A DNA stretch of 64,000 nt from Candidatus Niyogibacteria bacterium RIFCSPLOWO2_01_FULL_45_48 (GTDB taxonomy: Bacteria; Patescibacteriota; Minisyncoccia; HO2-45-28). Below are positions 45,662 to 55,895 of the stretch, in pieces (position 1 is the first letter of the stretch; every line of letters begins with the position of its first letter). The notes beneath the pieces were generated by a model. The model saw nothing but the letters and a program-made list of their open reading frames with translations, did not search any database and was not told the origin of the DNA. A program made the position numbers and the translations under genes. The DNA lies in assembly GCA_001819395.1 (NCBI GenBank), contig MHMQ01000032.1:20150-84149 (forward strand). Reading direction: 5' to 3'.

Positions 45662-46768
45662 ATGAAAAGTCAAGTTAAAAAGCCGAAGGTCTTCGTGGCC
45701 ATGTCTGGAGGAGTGGACTCGTCTGTTGCGGCCGCTTTGCTTAAAAAGGGCGGTGAATTCAGTGTGGTCGGATGTTATATGAAATGCTGGTCGGCTTGGG
45801 ATCAGTGCTCGGTTGAGCGCGATGCCGAAGACGCGAGGGCTGTTGCGGAAAAATTAGATATACCCTTTTATATTTTTGATTTTGAGAAAGAGTATCGCGA
45901 GCGAGTTTTTAATTACATGGTTAGAGAATATGCCGCAGGGCGCACGCCTAACCCCGATGTGCTTTGCAACTCGGAAATTAAATTCGGAATTTTTTTGGAG
46001 AAAGCGCTGGCCCTAGGCGCAGATTTTGTGGCAACGGGGCATTATGTGAGAGCCTCCGAAAGCTTTTCAGAACAGAACGCCGTCTCGCTTTGTCAGGCCG
46101 TGGACCAAAATAAAGACCAAAGTTATTTTTTGTGGCGTCTTACGCAAAAACAGCTTAAACATGTTTTGTTTCCGATAGGGGATTATTTAAAACCCGAAGT
46201 TCGCGAAATGGCGCGCGAGTTTGGATTGCCGACTGCGGATAAAAAAGATTCGCAGGGGCTTTGTTTTGTGGGAAAAGTGCCGTTTGACGAATTTTTACGC
46301 GATATTTTACCAAAAAATCCCGGGCCGATTATGACTACTTCCGGAAAGGTGATAGGCGATCATGACGGCCTTTCGTTTTACACTTTGGGTCAGCGCCACG
46401 GCATTAAAATAGGCGGAGGGACGCCCTATTATGTCGCGTCAAAAGAATTTCAGACCAACACTTTGGTTGTGGCCGAAGGAAATAAAGACGAGATACTTTT
46501 TAAAAAAGAAATTGAAGTCTCGGACATAAATTGGATTGGAGGCGCCCAACCAAAATTTCCTTTAAAATGCAAAGCGCGCATCCGTTACCGCCAGCCTCTT
46601 CAAAAATGCGCCGTATTCCCACTTGGACATCGGATGTCCAAGTTAAGGGTTGTGTTTGATGAACCGCAAAAAGCCGCAACCCCGGGCCAGTCGGCTGTAT
46701 TTTACGTGCCCGCCAAAGCTTTAGTGAAGGAGGGTGGAGAACTTCTGGGTGGAGGGGTAATGGTGTAA
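45662..46768 (+). CDS. mnmA: tRNA-specific 2-thiouridylase MnmA
   Basis: PP-loop VAMSGGVDSSV; catalytic Cys context; ATG 45662 (in-frame upstream start at 45629 adds only a hydrophobic leader). Confidence 0.85.
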   Translation: MKSQVKKPKVFVAMSGGVDSSVAAALLKKGGEFSVVGCYMKCWSAWDQCSVERDAEDARAVAEKLDIPFYIFDFEKEYRERVFNYMVREYAAGRTPNPDVLCNSEIKFGIFLEKALALGADFVATGHYVRASESFSEQNAVSLCQAVDQNKDQSYFLWRLTQKQLKHVLFPIGDYLKPEVREMAREFGLPTADKKDSQGLCFVGKVPFDEFLRDILPKNPGPIMTTSGKVIGDHDGLSFYTLGQRHGIKIGGGTPYYVASKEFQTNTLVVAEGNKDEILFKKEIEVSDINWIGGAQPKFPLKCKARIRYRQPLQKCAVFPLGHRMSKLRVVFDEPQKAATPGQSAVFYVPAKALVKEGGELLGGGVMV

Positions 46769-46801
46769 GAGACCAAAAAATTTGTTAAAATAAAATTACA
46801 G

Positions 46802-48532
46802 ATGATTTCTCAAGAAATAAGAGAAAAGTTTTTGGAATTTTTTAAAAAGAAGGGACACGCGGTTGTGCCTTCTTCTTCGCTTATTCCAGACGACCCGTCG
46901 GTGCTTTTTACGACCGCCGGAATGCAGCAATTCAAGCCGTATTACACCGGCGATGCCGATGCCATGCGCGATTTTGGCTCGTTAAACACAGCTTCAATCC
47001 AAAAATGTCTTCGCACATCTGATATTGATGAGGTTGGCGACGAGTCCCACCTGACATTTTTTGAAATGTTGGGGAATTTTTCTTTCGGCGGGTATTTCAA
47101 AAAAGAGGCGATAGAATGGGGCCATGAATTTATAACCAAAGAGATGGGATTGAAAATTGATTATGTTTCTGTTTTTGGGGGCGAGGGAAATATTCCAAAG
47201 GATACGGAGTCAGAAAAAATATGGAAGTCAATTGACCCGAAAATAAAAATAAAATACGCAGGCCGCGCTGATAACTTTTGGGGTCCGACGGGGGAGGAAG
47301 GCCCATGCGGGCCGACAACCGAAATTTATGTAAACGGGCTAGAAATTTGGAACATAGTTTTTAACGAATTTTATTGCAAGAAGGGGGGAAAACTAGAACC
47401 GCTTAAAACTCCTGGCATAGACACCGGAATGGGCCTTGAGCGTTTGGCGATGGTCAGCCAAGAAAAAAGCAATATTTTTGAAACTGATTTGTTTAAACCA
47501 CACATGTCTGTTTTGCCGGAAGAGCTTCCGGAAAGAATCGCGAGAATAATCGGAGATCACTCTAGGGCCTCGGTATTTTTACTTACTGACGGAGTTCGGC
47601 CCTCAAACAAAGAACAGGGTTATGTTCTTCGCCGGCTTATGAGGCGGATGCTTGTTTACGAAAATTTGCATGGAATATCCCGGCACATTTTTGACGAAGT
47701 TCTTTTTGTGATTGCTAAAACTTACGGCGCGGACTATCCTGAACTTTTGAGCAAAAAAGAAGAAATACGCGGAGAATTTTCCGAGGAACGCGAAAGATTT
47801 TCGGCCACGCTTAAAAAGGGTATTCGCGAACTTGAACGGAGGGCCAAAACCGGCTCGATCAACGCCAAAGTCGCATTTGACCTCTACCAGACCTTCGGAA
47901 TTCCGTACGAAATTGTGAAAGAGTTAGGCGGCGAATCGGCAGACAAACTTACTCGCGAAGACTTTGACAAGGAATTTGCTAAGCACCAAGAAATTTCAAA
48001 AGCGGGACAGGAAAAAAAATTCGGAGGGCACGGGTTGATTTTGGATACCGGAGAACTAAAGGCGGGAAGCGAGGAAGAATTAAAGAGGGTTACAAGGCTT
48101 CATACCGCGACCCACCTTTTGCAGGCGGCTTTACGCGAAGTTTTGGGCCCCGAGGTGCGTCAGATGGGCTCGGATATCACGCCCGAACGCACGCGCTTTG
48201 ATTTTTCGTTTAACCGCAAACTGACGCCGGAAGAATTAAAAAAAATATCGGAATTGGTCAACGGCATGATAAAGGCCGATCTAAGTGTTAAAATGAAAGA
48301 GATGGATTACGAAGACGCTGTTAAGTCCGGGGCATTATCTTTTTTTAAGCATAAATACCCCAAAAGAGTGAAGGTTTATAGCGTTGGAGAAGAAGGTGAA
48401 GAGGTTTCCAAAGAATTTTGCGGAGGACCGCACGTTTCCAATACGGGCGAAATAGGGAAACTGTCCATCGTCAAAGAAGAGGCGGTGGCGGCCGGCGTGC
48501 GCCGGATAAGAGCAAAAGTAGAGAACAACTGA
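46802..48532 (+). CDS. alaS: alanyl-tRNA synthetase, short form lacking the C-terminal C-Ala domain
   Basis: 576 aa; class II catalytic core (FTTAGMQQFKPYYTG), editing-domain HxxxH (HTATHLLQAAL) and CGGPHV; ends directly after editing domain. Confidence 0.85.
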   Translation: MISQEIREKFLEFFKKKGHAVVPSSSLIPDDPSVLFTTAGMQQFKPYYTGDADAMRDFGSLNTASIQKCLRTSDIDEVGDESHLTFFEMLGNFSFGGYFKKEAIEWGHEFITKEMGLKIDYVSVFGGEGNIPKDTESEKIWKSIDPKIKIKYAGRADNFWGPTGEEGPCGPTTEIYVNGLEIWNIVFNEFYCKKGGKLEPLKTPGIDTGMGLERLAMVSQEKSNIFETDLFKPHMSVLPEELPERIARIIGDHSRASVFLLTDGVRPSNKEQGYVLRRLMRRMLVYENLHGISRHIFDEVLFVIAKTYGADYPELLSKKEEIRGEFSEERERFSATLKKGIRELERRAKTGSINAKVAFDLYQTFGIPYEIVKELGGESADKLTREDFDKEFAKHQEISKAGQEKKFGGHGLILDTGELKAGSEEELKRVTRLHTATHLLQAALREVLGPEVRQMGSDITPERTRFDFSFNRKLTPEELKKISELVNGMIKADLSVKMKEMDYEDAVKSGALSFFKHKYPKRVKVYSVGEEGEEVSKEFCGGPHVSNTGEIGKLSIVKEEAVAAGVRRIRAKVENN

Positions 48533-49671
48533 TGAAAAGAAAACTTATTTTTGATATAGGAAGCTCGCGGGTTAACGGCGCTTTAGTCGTTTTTAACCGA
48601 AAGAAGGAAGCGAGCATAGAAAGAGTTTTTCAATCCGAAAGCATAATTTTACCGGAAACGGATTTACATAGGCTGTGGAAAAAAATGGCTTTGCTGATTG
48701 ACGGGATGGTTAAAGATTTTAAGGACAGTGCTCTTGCGGTCGATGAGGCCCTGGTCGTGTTTTCGTCGCCGTGGTATTTTTCCGAAATACGTGAAATCAA
48801 AAAGGATTTTGGCGAACCGGTTGCGATTACCGGAGACTTTATAGAAAAACTTTTAACCGAGGATGCCGAAAACTTCAAAAAACACTATACGGATAACTTT
48901 AATCTCGGCGTCGGGGATCTGATGCACGCGAGTTCCCGTATTATGAGCGCAAAACTTAACGATTATCCGATTTTAGAGCCGTTAAAAAATATGCCGGATA
49001 AAAAAACCCAGACAATCTCCGCGTTTGTTTATGCCTCGGCAGTATTCGGCGAAGCGGCCGCCCGTATAAAAATGGCTCTGGAAGACTGCGGTGTAAAATC
49101 CGTCGAGTTTCAGAGTTCGCCATTTGTTTTTTTGAAAGTTTTTTTGAAAGAGGGTTTGGGCGACCTTCTGGTTGTGGATATCGGGGGAGAGATAACAGAT
49201 GTTATAGTAATTAAGGGCGGAAAAATATTTAAAATGGCCTCTTTTGGACGCGGCCTTAATTATGCCGCAAGGCGCCTCGGTCCGTCTTTTAAGGTTGGTC
49301 TGGACGAGGTTATGGCGCTTCTTTCGAATTATATTGAAGGAAAGCTTGAAAAATCATTCCAAGAATCCGTGGCCCAAGCGCTGAAAGACGCTTTAACGGA
49401 GTGGCAGAGCCTGCTGAAAGAAGCCCTGGAAAAACATATTTTTCCGGATCTCGTACCCCAAAAAGTTTTTGTAACCGGACACGGCGGAGGCGTTGCCGAA
49501 TTCAAAAAAGCCCTGAATCTGCCGGATTCGGCAAAATTTACCGAACATGGCCGGCCGTTCGAGATTTTCGAAAGCAAGCCGGCTATATCCCATTTTAAAA
49601 ACGCCTCCTATGTTTTAAACAAACCGCATTTGTCTTTAATAGGGCTTTATTCAACATATGCCATCCAATAA
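48532..49671 (+). CDS. actin-like ATPase-fold protein (FtsA/PilM-like)
   Basis: ATG overlaps alaS stop (TGATG); LIFDIGSSRVNGALV and LVVDIGGEITDVIVI phosphate-binding loops of ASKHA/actin fold. Confidence 0.45.
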   Translation: MKRKLIFDIGSSRVNGALVVFNRKKEASIERVFQSESIILPETDLHRLWKKMALLIDGMVKDFKDSALAVDEALVVFSSPWYFSEIREIKKDFGEPVAITGDFIEKLLTEDAENFKKHYTDNFNLGVGDLMHASSRIMSAKLNDYPILEPLKNMPDKKTQTISAFVYASAVFGEAAARIKMALEDCGVKSVEFQSSPFVFLKVFLKEGLGDLLVVDIGGEITDVIVIKGGKIFKMASFGRGLNYAARRLGPSFKVGLDEVMALLSNYIEGKLEKSFQESVAQALKDALTEWQSLLKEALEKHIFPDLVPQKVFVTGHGGGVAEFKKALNLPDSAKFTEHGRPFEIFESKPAISHFKNASYVLNKPHLSLIGLYSTYAIQ

Positions 49672-50947
49672 CAATTTGGTCAGGGATATCGTGCCGTCGA
49701 GCGGCCACCGTTTAACTATGCGGACGTCACCGAAAAGGGCGGCAACAAAGCCGTTGAAACCCGATTTTGCGCCGCCGAAAAAAGAAAAACAAAGGTCGGA
49801 TTCGATTTCGGGAGCCAAATCCGGCAAAGGGCGCTTGAAATTCATAACTGCGGCCGTGATTTTGTACGCCGCGGCCTTGTTTGCGGTCGGCTTTTTTGCG
49901 AAAGCCGAAGTTAACTTATATCTTAAAAAAGAAATTTTTGACGTGAAAAAAACCGTGTCTGCCGGCGTTTCCAATTCCGAAATTAAAGCCGAGGCGGTTA
50001 TTTTTGATGAACAAAAAAGCGGAACGTCCGTAACCTCCGAAAGAAAAAATTTCAGCGAGCGGGCATCCGGTACTGTTGTTATCTACAATGCTTACAGTTC
50101 GGAGCCGCAGGCTCTGATCGCGAACACCCGGTTTGAATCTGCTGACGGAAAAATTTACCGAATAACAAAACCGCTCATTGTTCCGGGAGCTAAGATAATT
50201 GACGGCAAAATTGAACCGAGTTCCGTTGAAACCGGGGTTTTGGCCGAAGAAGCAGGAGAGGCGTACAACATAAGCCTTTCCGATTTCACAATTCCCGGAT
50301 TCAAAGGCACTCCGAAGTATGATAAATTTTATGCTAGGTCCAAGACTCCGATGTCGGGCGGTTTTGTCGGAGAAGCGAAAGTGATTACTGAAAAAGAGGT
50401 ACAGGCTTTGCGTCAAAAACTTGAAGAGGATCTTCGCGAAGCTCTTTTTGCCAAAATGAATTCTGAACTTCCTGAAGGTTTCTTCATGCCTGACGGGGCT
50501 TATAAATACGAAGCAGAAATTCGGCCTGACGCGCCCAAAATCGGCTCAAAAGCGGACGAACTTGGCTTGACCGTCAGCGGGCGGCTGACAGCCCTTTTTG
50601 TCCGCGAAGACGATGTGAAAAGAAAAATTCTGGAGCCCTACAAGGATGATCCTGATTTTAAAAACATGGATGTCGTCAATTTCGGCTCCATTCAGATTTC
50701 GGCCCAGGACACCGATTTTAAAACGCTTGGTTTGAGGCTGGCTATTAGCGGACGGCCGGAGGCGGTTTGGAACGTGGATATCGGGACGCTGGCGGAAAAA
50801 CTGGCATTGGCTTCAAGTTCGTCCGAACGCGCGAATATTTTCCAGCAGTATCCTCAGATAAGACAGGCCAGTATCGTTTACCGCCCGTTTTGGTGGGCCG
50901 TATTTCCCAAAGAGGCCGACAAGATTATTATTTTTAGCTTATATTGA
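49658..50947 (+). CDS. hypothetical membrane-anchored protein (basic N-terminus, single TM, large extracytoplasmic domain)
   Basis: 429 aa; overlaps previous gene by 14 nt; no motif. Confidence 0.4.
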   Translation: MPSNNNLVRDIVPSSGHRLTMRTSPKRAATKPLKPDFAPPKKEKQRSDSISGAKSGKGRLKFITAAVILYAAALFAVGFFAKAEVNLYLKKEIFDVKKTVSAGVSNSEIKAEAVIFDEQKSGTSVTSERKNFSERASGTVVIYNAYSSEPQALIANTRFESADGKIYRITKPLIVPGAKIIDGKIEPSSVETGVLAEEAGEAYNISLSDFTIPGFKGTPKYDKFYARSKTPMSGGFVGEAKVITEKEVQALRQKLEEDLREALFAKMNSELPEGFFMPDGAYKYEAEIRPDAPKIGSKADELGLTVSGRLTALFVREDDVKRKILEPYKDDPDFKNMDVVNFGSIQISAQDTDFKTLGLRLAISGRPEAVWNVDIGTLAEKLALASSSSERANIFQQYPQIRQASIVYRPFWWAVFPKEADKIIIFSLY

Positions 50948-50949
50948 CC

Positions 50950-50977
50950 GGGGTTGACTTCACAACCCCTTTGATTT
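50950..50977 (+). terminator. rho-independent terminator
   Basis: GGGGTTG-acttca-CAACCCC then TTTGATTT. Confidence 0.6.
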
Positions 50978-50998
50978 AAGATTGTATTTGTATTTTTA

Positions 50999-51220
50999 AT
51001 GTCCGCGGATAAAGAAAATAAGGAAATTAAACTGGGGACGGTTATGGAGGCTTTGCCCGATACTATGTTTCGGGTACAACTTGACGACGGGCCGTTAATG
51101 CTCGCGTATCTGGCCGGAAAAATGCGCCACTTCAGGATAACCGTTTTGGTCGGCGACAGGGTGAAAGTGGAGTTTAGCCCTTATGACCAAGCCCGCGGCC
51201 GTATAATACAAAGGTTATAA
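50999..51220 (+). CDS. infA: translation initiation factor IF-1
   Basis: 73 aa S1-like OB fold; [10 protein letters not shown]...[24 protein letters not shown]. Confidence 0.9.
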   Translation: MSADKENKEIKLGTVMEALPDTMFRVQLDDGPLMLAYLAGKMRHFRITVLVGDRVKVEFSPYDQARGRIIQRL

Positions 51221-51225
51221 ACATC

Positions 51226-51339
51226 ATGAAAGTCAGAGCATCCGTCAAACCAATTTGCAAAAAATGCAAAGTTATAAGGCGCAAGGGCAGAGTGCGTATA
51301 ATTTGTTCTAACCCCAAACATAAACAGCGACAAGGGTAG
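51226..51339 (+). CDS. rpmJ: ribosomal protein L36
   Basis: 37 aa (below ORF-track cutoff): [37 protein letters not shown], zinc-ribbon L36. Confidence 0.85.
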   Translation: MKVRASVKPICKKCKVIRRKGRVRIICSNPKHKQRQG

Positions 51340-51383
51340 TTGGTAAGTTTATTAGTTTACTGGTTAATTTAATTAAATTAAAA

Positions 51384-51770
51384 ATGGTACGCATTGCCGG
51401 AGTAAATATACCCGATAAAAAACGTATAGATTTTTCTCTGCCGTATATTTATGGCGTCGGCCGGTCTTTGGCTAAGCGTGTATTAAATGAAGCCAAGGTG
51501 GATGCCAATAAATTGACCAACGCTCTTACGGCCGAAGAGGTAAATCGCATACGCTCGATTTTGGAAGGAAACTATCAGGTCGAAGGCGATCTAAAAAGGC
51601 TCGTCAGTTCAAACATAAAGCGCCTGAGGGATATAAAAAGTTATCGCGGAGTCAGGCACATGAAGGGCCTGCCATCCAAGGGCCAGAGAACCAAAACGAA
51701 TTCCAGAACGAGACGCGGAAATGTGCGCCGAACCACGATCAGCGGAAAGAGAAAAGTTGAGAAGAAATAA
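51384..51770 (+). CDS. rpsM: ribosomal protein S13
   Basis: MVRIAGVNIPDKKRIDFSLPYIYGVG. Confidence 0.9.
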   Translation: MVRIAGVNIPDKKRIDFSLPYIYGVGRSLAKRVLNEAKVDANKLTNALTAEEVNRIRSILEGNYQVEGDLKRLVSSNIKRLRDIKSYRGVRHMKGLPSKGQRTKTNSRTRRGNVRRTTISGKRKVEKK

Positions 51771-51773
51771 AAT

Positions 51774-52208
51774 ATGGGAAAGAAACGAGTTATCAAAAAA
51801 ACAACCGGCGGTGTGGACCACGAGCTTCGGGCTCGGGCTGTCGGACGTTTGCCAAGGAAAAAGCTTGAACGCGGTATTTTAAACATACAGTCAACCTACA
51901 ACAACACGATGATGATGATAGCCGATGATAAAGGCAATGCTATTTTTTGGGCATCCAGCGGTTCGCTCGGTTTTAAAGGCGCAAGGAAGGGAACTCCCTA
52001 TGCCGCCTCCAAAGTTGCCGAGCTTATGGTCGAAAAAGCGAAAATGGCCGGATTGAAAAGCATAACCATTAATGTCAAAGGCGTGGGCGCTGGCCGCGAG
52101 TCCGCGATACGCTCTTTTTTGTCCAGCGACATAACCCTGGATACTATCCGCGACTTGACGCCCGTACCTCATAATGGCCCAAAATCGCCCAAACCACGGC
52201 GGGTTTAA
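51774..52208 (+). CDS. rpsK: ribosomal protein S11
   Basis: 144 aa; ASSGSLGFKGARKGTPYAA. Confidence 0.9.
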   Translation: MGKKRVIKKTTGGVDHELRARAVGRLPRKKLERGILNIQSTYNNTMMMIADDKGNAIFWASSGSLGFKGARKGTPYAASKVAELMVEKAKMAGLKSITINVKGVGAGRESAIRSFLSSDITLDTIRDLTPVPHNGPKSPKPRRV

Positions 52209-52215
52209 TCAAAAT

Positions 52216-52836
52216 ATGCCAAAAATTACTTGTAAAACTTGCAGGCGTCTCGGCTTCTCCGTTTGCGGAAAGGAAAAGTGCGCTTTCAAAAGAAAGCCTT
52301 ATTCGCCGGGCATTCACGGCCGCAAAAAGGGCGGGTTTAAAAGGCGCTCTAATCAGTCTGAATATGGAAACCAGCTTAAAGAAAAGCAAAAGGTTAAATT
52401 TTTATACGGCTTAAGAGAAAAACAATTTAGAAATTTAGTTGCCAAGGCCATCGCGGCCAAGAGCGCCGAAACTTCACGCAGAATAGTGGAACTATTGGAA
52501 ACCAGGCTCGACAACGTCGTTTACCGTCTGGGTTTCGCTTCTTCCCGCAAAGCCGCGCGTCAGATTGTTAACCACGGCCACATTATGGTTAACGGCAAAA
52601 AGACCAACATTCCGTCGCGCGCTCTTAAAATCGGCCAGCAAGTTTCCGTAAGGCCGCAAAGTCTTGGACTTGGAATTTTCCGCGATCTGGATTTGCGTCT
52701 TAAAAAACACCAAGTCCCCTCGTGGCTTAACTTGAAGCAGGATCAGCGTGAAGGACACATAGTTGCCTTCCCGTCGGCGGAGGAAGTTGACACCGGAGCA
52801 AACCTTAACTCGATTATTGAATTTTATTCCCGATAA
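52216..52836 (+). CDS. rpsD: ribosomal protein S4
   Basis: Zinc-finger CKTCRRLG...C; S4 RNA-binding domain; ATG 52216 after rpsK stop. Confidence 0.9.
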   Translation: MPKITCKTCRRLGFSVCGKEKCAFKRKPYSPGIHGRKKGGFKRRSNQSEYGNQLKEKQKVKFLYGLREKQFRNLVAKAIAAKSAETSRRIVELLETRLDNVVYRLGFASSRKAARQIVNHGHIMVNGKKTNIPSRALKIGQQVSVRPQSLGLGIFRDLDLRLKKHQVPSWLNLKQDQREGHIVAFPSAEEVDTGANLNSIIEFYSR

Positions 52837-52893
52837 TGTTATAATTTATTAATTAATTTTCTAAATTAAAAGCCGATTTTTATATATTAAAAC

Positions 52894-53862
52894 ATGGATA
52901 TATCAATTATTTTACCGTCAAAGCCTAGAGTGGTCCTTGAGGAACAGGATAAGGGGGTTTATGAAATTGACGGCCTTTATCCCGGATACGGCCACACCTT
53001 GGGCAACAGCCTGCGCCGGATTCTTTTGTCGTCCTTGCCGGGTGCAGCCGTTACTAGGGCCAAAATAGAAGGCGCCTCTCATGAATTTTCCACTATACCT
53101 GGAGTAAGAGAAGATGTCGTGGCCATACTTCTGAATCTGAAAAAAATGCGTTTTAAGATGCTTACCGATGAACCGCAGATCGTGAAAATAAAAACCAAGG
53201 GTGCCAAGGTTGTTAAGGCCGAAGACGCGGATTTGCCCGGGCAGGTTGAAATAGCCAACCCGGATTTGGTTATAGCCACACTTACCGATAAGAGCTCCGT
53301 TTTTGAAGCCGAGCTGACCGTTGAAAAAGGACTTGGTTATGTTATGAGAGATGTTTTGCAAAAAGAGAAAGCTCAAGTTGGCGAAATGGTTTTGGATGCC
53401 GTTTTCACGCCCATGAGGAGAGTTAATTATGAAGTCGAAAACATGCGCGTAGGAGACCGCACCGACTTCAATCGCTTGCGTCTGACCATTCAGACCGATG
53501 ACACCATAACTCCGCACGACGCCTTGGAGGAGGCTATTAGAATAATGATCAACCAGCTTAAAGCCATCGTCGGATTTCAGGAAGAAGAGGTTGCGGAAAC
53601 GCATCCGGATAAATCCGAGCCGGAGGAGACCGGATCCGCTGATGCCGGAGATCAAAGCGAAGATAAAAACAAAATGCGAATCGAAGACCTTGATCTTTCC
53701 GAACGCATCGTTAAAGCTTTGTCTGAAGCAAGCATACGGACTGTTGGGGGACTGGTGCGCCGGACATCTAAAGACCTTATGGGTTTGGAGGGCATAGGCG
53801 ACAAGGCTATAACCGAGTTAAAACGAGCCGTAGGAAAGCTGGGCCTGACCTTAAAGGATTAA
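52894..53862 (+). CDS. rpoA: DNA-directed RNA polymerase alpha subunit
   Basis: 322 aa; N-terminal dimerisation domain GHTLGNSLRRILLSSLPG, C-terminal alphaCTD helix-hairpin-helix. Confidence 0.9.
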   Translation: MDISIILPSKPRVVLEEQDKGVYEIDGLYPGYGHTLGNSLRRILLSSLPGAAVTRAKIEGASHEFSTIPGVREDVVAILLNLKKMRFKMLTDEPQIVKIKTKGAKVVKAEDADLPGQVEIANPDLVIATLTDKSSVFEAELTVEKGLGYVMRDVLQKEKAQVGEMVLDAVFTPMRRVNYEVENMRVGDRTDFNRLRLTIQTDDTITPHDALEEAIRIMINQLKAIVGFQEEEVAETHPDKSEPEETGSADAGDQSEDKNKMRIEDLDLSERIVKALSEASIRTVGGLVRRTSKDLMGLEGIGDKAITELKRAVGKLGLTLKD

Positions 53863-53878
53863 AAATTATTTTTTTAAA

Positions 53879-54226
53879 ATGCGCCATCGTGTCAAGGGTC
53901 GAAAATTCGGACGTGTAAGAAAAACCCGCAGGGCTTTTTTAAAGTCGGTTTTGCGCTCTTTTGTTGAGCACGGAAAAATCGAAACCACGCTGGCTCGGGC
54001 GAAATCAACAAGGATTTTGGCGGAAAAGCTGGTTACCAAAGCCAAGAAAGGGGGTTTGTCCCGGCGGCGCGAGATAGAAAAAATGCTTGGTCCGAAGCAG
54101 ACGTCAAAAATCTTTGAAGTGTCCTCCTCTTTTAAAGATCGCCGCGGAGGTTACACAAGAATCACCAGGACCCGGCGCAGGAATCACGATCAGGCCGAAA
54201 TGGCCGTCTTGGAATTCGTTAAATAA
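53879..54226 (+). CDS. rplQ: ribosomal protein L17
   Basis: MRHRVKGRKFGR... Confidence 0.9.
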   Translation: MRHRVKGRKFGRVRKTRRAFLKSVLRSFVEHGKIETTLARAKSTRILAEKLVTKAKKGGLSRRREIEKMLGPKQTSKIFEVSSSFKDRRGGYTRITRTRRRNHDQAEMAVLEFVK

Positions 54227-54230
54227 AAAT

Positions 54231-54593
54231 ATGCAGGCCGCAAAAACCAAAGAAAAAATAGTGATAGACTTGAAAGGCATGTCTCTGGGACGCGCCGCTT
54301 CCCGGGCGGCTGTGATTTTGCGCGGAAAAAACAGACCGGATTTCGCTCCCAACCGTTCCTCGGGCACGATAATCGAAATAAAAAACTTGGATCAGCTTAA
54401 AATCGAGGAAAAAAAAGCCGAACAAAAATTTTATAAACACTACAGCGGATATCCGTCCGGCTTGAAAGAGACCAAGCTGGCGGAGCTTTACAAAAAAAAC
54501 CCGAAAGAAGTTTTTGTGCGCGCGGTCAAAGGCATGCTCGCCAAAAACAGACTGCGTAAGGAACTTATAAAGAATATTGTTTTTTCCGTGTAG
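54231..54593 (+). CDS. rplM: ribosomal protein L13
   Basis: Internal ATG at 54231 gives MQAAKTKEKIVIDLKGMSLGRAASRAAVILRGKNRPDFAPN, the L13 N-terminus; upstream part of the ORF-track entry overlaps rplQ. Confidence 0.85.
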   Translation: MQAAKTKEKIVIDLKGMSLGRAASRAAVILRGKNRPDFAPNRSSGTIIEIKNLDQLKIEEKKAEQKFYKHYSGYPSGLKETKLAELYKKNPKEVFVRAVKGMLAKNRLRKELIKNIVFSV

Positions 54594-54605
54594 TATATAA
54601 AAAAC

Positions 54606-55097
54606 ATGGCGGTCAAAAAAATTAAAACAGAAAAAAAAGACAAAAAAACCAAGCGGCAGACAAAAAGTGTTCCGGCTTTTTCGAAACCCAGCCAAACTTC
54701 GGTAAAACCGAAGACTTATATTGAAGCCGTTGGACGAAGAAAAACATCAACCGCGAGGGTCAGAATTTTCTCCGGTGCCGGAGAAATAAAAATCAACGGC
54801 AAAACTTTTCGGGAGTATTTTCCGACGGAAGAAATGCAAAAGATTGTCGCATCTCCCTTTAAAAAAGCGAATCTGGGCGAAAGTTTTTCGGTAAACGCCA
54901 AAGTTTACGGAGGCGGAATACACTCGCAATCAGAGGCCGTAAGGCACGGCATATCAAGAGCTTTGGTGGCCCACGACATCGAACTTAGGAAAAGGCTTAA
55001 AAAATTCGGCTTTTTAAAACGCGATCCCCGCATGAAAGAGCGCCGGAAGTTCGGTCTCAAAAAAGCCCGCAAAGCCCCGCAGTGGGCAAAACGATAA
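54606..55097 (+). CDS. rpsI: ribosomal protein S9 with Lys-rich N-terminal extension
   Basis: C-terminal GGGIHSQSEAVRHGISRAL...RDPRMKERRKFGLKKARKAPQWAKR. Confidence 0.9.
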   Translation: MAVKKIKTEKKDKKTKRQTKSVPAFSKPSQTSVKPKTYIEAVGRRKTSTARVRIFSGAGEIKINGKTFREYFPTEEMQKIVASPFKKANLGESFSVNAKVYGGGIHSQSEAVRHGISRALVAHDIELRKRLKKFGFLKRDPRMKERRKFGLKKARKAPQWAKR

Positions 55098-55170
55098 ACT
55101 GTTTAAAAACGCCCGGGTCTTTCACGACCCCAACTTTAATATAATTTTTAATAATCTCAAAACACAACAT

Positions 55171-55767
55171 ATGGTAAAATTTGAGAATATATTGGAAAAA
55201 TTCGTGTTGTCTCGTGGCCCATCTGCTACCGCGGCTAAGGTTTTATTAGCTTTGGTGGCGCTCGGAACCATTATTATAGTAGGAGCGGTAGCCCCGAATA
55301 TATTTAGCGCCTTTGGAAAATTTAGATATAAAAGTTTTTCTAAGAACCAAACGACCAAGGCCTTTTATAACTTAAAAAGACGAAAGTTGATTGAAACCAT
55401 ACGGGATAAGAATGACGTTGTGATTGTGCGTCTGACCAAAAAGGGGGAAACCAAAATTAGGAAGTTTTCAATCGATGTTTTAAAAATTGTAAAACCCAAA
55501 AAATGGGACAAAAAATGGAGACTGGTTATGTTCGATGTGCCCAACTATTTAAGTAAGGCCCGCAGGGCTTTAAGCGACACTTTCAAGGACTTGGGATTAT
55601 ACCAATTGCAAAAAAGTGTTTGGGTTTATCCGTATCCTTGCGAAGATGAAATACTTTTTGTTGCCCATTTTTTTGGAGTTGAACGATTTATTGAAATTAT
55701 AGAAACAACGGAGTTTGTCAATCCATTGACTGAACAAACTCTTGCAAATTTTTTTAGTATGACCTAA
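55171..55767 (+). CDS. hypothetical protein, N-terminal TM helix + possible winged-helix/PaaX-C-like domain
   Basis: 198 aa; WRLVMFDVPN...ARRALSDTFKDLGLYQLQKSVWVYP loosely resembles PaaX C-terminal domain; tentative. Confidence 0.3.
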   Translation: MVKFENILEKFVLSRGPSATAAKVLLALVALGTIIIVGAVAPNIFSAFGKFRYKSFSKNQTTKAFYNLKRRKLIETIRDKNDVVIVRLTKKGETKIRKFSIDVLKIVKPKKWDKKWRLVMFDVPNYLSKARRALSDTFKDLGLYQLQKSVWVYPYPCEDEILFVAHFFGVERFIEIIETTEFVNPLTEQTLANFFSMT

Positions 55768-55895
55768 ACCACAGGATGAATAACGGCGTCTGTTATGGTC
55801 TTAAAATTAAACATACGGTAAAAAATAAGAATAAGTGGTTGGTACACACCGCCTCTTGACGCAAATTGGTTTTGTGATATAATTGCTTGTAGTGC

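Noticed and set aside
52918-53655. 245-aa minus-strand ORF
   Set aside because: Antisense to rpoA within the conserved ribosomal/rpoA operon.
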